A stretch of 64,000 nucleotides of DNA, taken from Amoebidium appalachense. Taxonomy: Eukaryota; Protista; Ichthyosporea. Where the stretch lies: the NCBI GenBank assembly GCA_963693365.1, contig CAVNZM010000002.1:9707059-9771058 (forward strand). The letters run 5' to 3'. Below the pieces are notes generated by a model. That model saw only the letters and a list, made by a program, of their open reading frames with translations. It made no database searches and had not been told where the DNA came from. A program made the position numbers and the translations under genes. Positions within the stretch are counted from its first letter, which is position 1, and each line of letters begins with the position of its first letter. Below, piece by piece: positions 60,602 through 64,000 of this stretch.

Positions 60602-62161
60602 TTAGCGACGTCGGCGCTTCTTTCGTGCGGGCTGGCTGGCAGGGCCGGCCACCAAAGTACCTAGGTAGTCTGTGAGTGCTCCTGCGGCTGTGTCTTGCAG
60701 GCCGGAGTGAGGTTCCCAGGTGTCGTTCTTAGCCGTGTACCCTTTCCAACGAACTTTGTAAAGGGCTTGGGCAGTTGCCGAGTCGTACTTGTGGGCAATA
60801 ATTTTTGCCACTTCGAAGGTGGGGGTGGGTGAATCTTGCGGACCAGAGTCGGCTGGCGTCATATCAACGTCGTCACGGGGAAAATACGGCTTCAAGTGAC
60901 GTGCGTGTGCTCGAACGGTGTCCGTTGACCCAACCCGCTGAATTTCGTAAGACATGGGGGCGTCGGTAACGCGCCGCAGGACGCGATACGGACCTTCCCA
61001 TTTAGGTCTGAGTGCCGTGGGTAGACTGTGGTCGGTGGTGGAGTCTGTGACTGCTTTCAACACCAGACCCTCGAGTTCTGTGGGTTCACGAGCATTTTTG
61101 TTAGCCGTGATTTTACTACGACGGGCAGCTTCAGACATAATTCGTGTGACTGTTTGCCGGGCATACTGCACTCGTTGCAGTAGTTCTCGACGGTATTCCT
61201 CCGTCTCCATCCCACATGAAGCCGCAATTGGGGGGCGGGGGGGCTCGACCGGATCTCTGCCATAAAGCATGAAGAATGGCGTGTCCCCCAAGGAAGAGTG
61301 GTAGGCGGTGCGGTAGGAAAACAGTACTTGCGGTAAGTAGTCAATCCATTCGTGGTGTTTATCCTGCACGAGAGTGGCAAGAATATTCTTAAGTGTGCGA
61401 TTGAATCGCTCTACGGCACCATTGGTCTGGGGGCTGTAGGGACTTGCAAAAATTCGTTTTGTAGCCAACACTCGACAGACATCTGTGACCAACATAGCTG
61501 CCAAATTCGCGCTGTTGTCTGATACTAAAAATTCCGGACGACCGTGACGGCAGTAGATGGAGTCTTCGAATGCCTTTGCCACATCTTCGGCTGTGGGTGT
61601 TTTGTGAAATAAAATCACTTCCGGCCAGCGAGTGAAGAGGTCGAGAAACACCAACAGGGAAACTCTGAGATCAGATTTCGTAGGCATCTCAGTAATGTCC
61701 ATAGACACGTATTGAAAGGGATAGGTGGGGATAAAACCATCGTGAATTCGTAGTTTCTTTTGCATTCGGGGTGTCTTCCGGTATTGACAGGCTTTGCATG
61801 TGGTTACCCACTGCACCGAGTCTTGCCATACACGTGGCCACCATGCTATCTGGGTAACACGGTGGAAGGTGCGTGCTGCGTCGAGGTGACCTGCGGTTGG
61901 GGCGTCGTGACATGCGGCCAAAACGAGGCGCACAAGCGTAGACGGCACCCAAATTCGTGGTTCCTTGCTGGGTTTGCGGGGGCCACGCTGTTCTAGGACC
62001 CACACATACACAAGGTCATTGTCTATGGTGCAGCGACTAGCTTCCATCGCGATTTCGTTGCCAAATAATTCGTAGCCCGGTGCTTTTTCCAGGTAGGCCC
62101 TGACTTTCGCAATGTGTTTATCAGCCTTCTGTGCTGACACATACTGTTCATAGGTGGGCAT
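60602..62161 (-). CDS. Gypsy integrase with GPY/F motif and chromodomain
   Basis: HDAPTAGHL...CKAC zinc finger; SMDI, VSDNS, PQTNGAVERFNRTLK core; PKWEGPYRV; chromodomain FEVAKIIAHK...YKVRWKGYTAKNDTWEP; basic tail RKKRRRR. The frame extends upstream to about 62230. Confidence 0.95.
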   Translation of the reverse strand: MPTYEQYVSAQKADKHIAKVRAYLEKAPGYELFGNEIAMEASRCTIDNDLVYVWVLEQRGPRKPSKEPRIWVPSTLVRLVLAACHDAPTAGHLDAARTFHRVTQIAWWPRVWQDSVQWVTTCKACQYRKTPRMQKKLRIHDGFIPTYPFQYVSMDITEMPTKSDLRVSLLVFLDLFTRWPEVILFHKTPTAEDVAKAFEDSIYCRHGRPEFLVSDNSANLAAMLVTDVCRVLATKRIFASPYSPQTNGAVERFNRTLKNILATLVQDKHHEWIDYLPQVLFSYRTAYHSSLGDTPFFMLYGRDPVEPPRPPIAASCGMETEEYRRELLQRVQYARQTVTRIMSEAARRSKITANKNAREPTELEGLVLKAVTDSTTDHSLPTALRPKWEGPYRVLRRVTDAPMSYEIQRVGSTDTVRAHARHLKPYFPRDDVDMTPADSGPQDSPTPTFEVAKIIAHKYDSATAQALYKVRWKGYTAKNDTWEPHSGLQDTAAGALTDYLGTLVAGPASQPARKKRRRR

Positions 62162-62219
62162 TCGTCCATCCGCTTTTGGGGGAATAAATTCTGGCGGCGT
62201 GGTATTAGGTTTCGTGGGT

Positions 62220-64000
62220 TCAGCTGGGGGGTGGGTGGGTGGCAGCTTGTGCCTGCGCTGTCGCTGCGGCGGAGCGTGTTACCGCAAACACCGTGGACGA
62301 GCCCGAGACTGTGCCGATCAGTGAGGGGTATGTCAGCTCAGTATCTTCGGGTCCTGGTTGCGCATTTTCTTTAGATGGCCGAGAGAGTCCATCAGCATTG
62401 CTGTGGTGTTTGCCCGCCCTGTGCTGAATTTCGTATGTGTATGCGGAAAGCGCCATTTGCCAGCCTGCAACAACAGGTTCCGGTGCATCGCCGGTAGACA
62501 GAATGCGCGTCAAGCTGGAGTGGTCGGTTCGTAACAAGAAAGGAGCCCCATAGGTGTAAGCGCGAAATGCTTTGCACACAGCCCAATACACACCTAAGGC
62601 TTCCCTTTTATTCGCCGCATAATTTCGTTCACTCTTAGAGAGTGTTCTGCTAGCATAAGCTATGGGTCGTTCTTTGCCGTCATCACCTACCTGCGAAATC
62701 ACTGCGCCCAGAGCATACTGTGAAGCATCTGAGTCAACAATAAAAGGTTTGGTGAAATCGGGGTGAGCAAGCACAGGTGCATTAATTAACGCATTCTTAA
62801 GGGTATCGTATGCTTTCTCCTGTTCCGTACCCCACACCCATGCAGCATTTTTCTGTGCTTTCTTTTTCGTGGCCAAAATAGCTGCAGAATCGGCGTGCAA
62901 ATTTTTTGCTTCGTCTTTTCGTTGTTTTGCGCTGCCGTTGCGTTTGGCGGGTTTCGTAGAGGGGGGCATTTTTGCGTGAATTCGTTTTAGTAATTCTGAA
63001 TCCTCCTTCGAGGTGCCCAGCATTCGCGTGAGTGGTTCAGCCGTATGGCTGAAATCGTCCACAAATATTCGATAATATGAAAATAACCCGAGGTCACTTC
63101 GTAGCTCAGATAAATTTTGTGGGTAGCTTTTATTCTTTATTGCTGCCACTTTTTCTGGGTCTACCTTAATACCATCCGGGCATACGCGATGGCCTAAATA
63201 GCCAACTTCTTCCATGAACAAAGAGCATTTTCTGCCTTTCAGTTTTAATCCTGCATCACAGAGCCGGGAAAAACATGAATCTAAATGCCCAAAATGTTCT
63301 TCGATAGTGGGTGACATAACTAATATATCATCGAGATATATGAGTACATGTGTCCACAGCATACCAGCGAATACACGGTTCATCATCCTTGAAAAGACAG
63401 CAGGCATGTTACTTACTCCAAAAGGTGCGCGTGCGAATTGATACTGCCCCCAGGGGGTGGTAAATGCAAGTTTTTCTTTGTCGTTATCGGCTACTTTGAC
63501 TTGGTGGTAACCACCGTTTAAATCAAGTGCGGAAAACACGCGGGCACCTCTGAGCATACCCAGAGCCATGTCAATTCGTGGTAAAGGGTAACCGTCTTTC
63601 TTCGTAATCAAGTTCAGCATTCTAAAATCAATGCAGACTCTTAAAGACCCGTCCTTTTTCGCCACCAACACCATCGGAGCGGAGTAAGGGCTGGACGCAG
63701 GCTCAATCACTCCAAACTCTACCCAATTTTGAATTTGTTTGTGTAGGCTATCGCGAAGGTGATGTGGGATGTTATAGGGCCTGCGGTACTGTGGTATGGT
63801 GGTAGTTACTTCGATCGACAGTTCGTCTAAGGTACTCAAACCAAAGTCGTTGTCGTGTGCAGAGAACACATGCTTCCATTTCTTAAGCAGTTTTCGTATC
63901 CGTTTCGCCAACGGTTTCCGTTGGTCTGGGGGAGTTCCAGGCATGTCGTATTCTTCTGGAGGTTTGACCCCAAAAGGCAAGTCGTCGTCTGTGGCGGCTT
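62220..64000 (-). CDS. Gypsy pol: reverse transcriptase and RNase H (5' end outside window)
   Basis: SPYSAPMVLVAKKDGSLRVCIDFRMLN, LDLNGGYHQ, APFGVSN, YLDDILV, YLGH, VDSDASQYALGAV, NYAANKREALG, TDHSSL, NADGLSR. The frame is open to the window edge. Confidence 0.96.
   Translation of the reverse strand, partial: AATDDDLPFGVKPPEEYDMPGTPPDQRKPLAKRIRKLLKKWKHVFSAHDNDFGLSTLDELSIEVTTTIPQYRRPYNIPHHLRDSLHKQIQNWVEFGVIEPASSPYSAPMVLVAKKDGSLRVCIDFRMLNLITKKDGYPLPRIDMALGMLRGARVFSALDLNGGYHQVKVADNDKEKLAFTTPWGQYQFARAPFGVSNMPAVFSRMMNRVFAGMLWTHVLIYLDDILVMSPTIEEHFGHLDSCFSRLCDAGLKLKGRKCSLFMEEVGYLGHRVCPDGIKVDPEKVAAIKNKSYPQNLSELRSDLGLFSYYRIFVDDFSHTAEPLTRMLGTSKEDSELLKRIHAKMPPSTKPAKRNGSAKQRKDEAKNLHADSAAILATKKKAQKNAAWVWGTEQEKAYDTLKNALINAPVLAHPDFTKPFIVDSDASQYALGAVISQVGDDGKERPIAYASRTLSKSERNYAANKREALGVYWAVCKAFRAYTYGAPFLLRTDHSSLTRILSTGDAPEPVVAGWQMALSAYTYEIQHRAGKHHSNADGLSRPSKENAQPGPEDTELTYPSLIGTVSGSSTVFAVTRSAAATAQAQAATHPPPS

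Larger units (their letters stand above)
59927..64000 (-). mobile_element. Ty3/Gypsy chromodomain LTR retrotransposon, 3' portion (continues past right edge)
   Basis: Order RT-RNaseH-integrase-chromodomain-PPT-LTR. Confidence 0.96.

Overview
Eukaryotic genomic DNA, intron-rich and saturated with poly-G/poly-C runs and (CA)n/(TG)n, (CT)n/(AG)n microsatellites; most ORFs in the supplied track are repeat artefacts. I spliced four genes by hand with GT-AG boundaries and consistent phases: (1) a bHLH-PAS-A-PAS-B transcription factor on the minus strand (<620..8810, runs off the left edge); (2) a Phactr-family RPEL/PP1-binding protein with an N-terminal FYVE-like zinc finger (+, 26993..33870); (3) glucosamine-6-phosphate deaminase (-, 36177..38667); (4) PGAP1/Bst1 GPI inositol-deacylase (-, 41408..57925, 17 exons). 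Mobile DNA comprises a decayed hAT transposase, a LINE whose RT region is progressively eroded into C-runs and interrupted by a TIR MITE, a TTAA piggyBac-type MITE in a PGAP1 intron, a 3-kb hierarchical CATCAGA satellite, and the 3' half of a chromodomain Ty3/Gypsy element with its 3' LTR. Gene content suggests an opisthokont, possibly a unicellular holozoan; that is inference only. All protein assignments come from motif recognition by eye, not database searches, and homopolymer lengths may be affected by assembly error.
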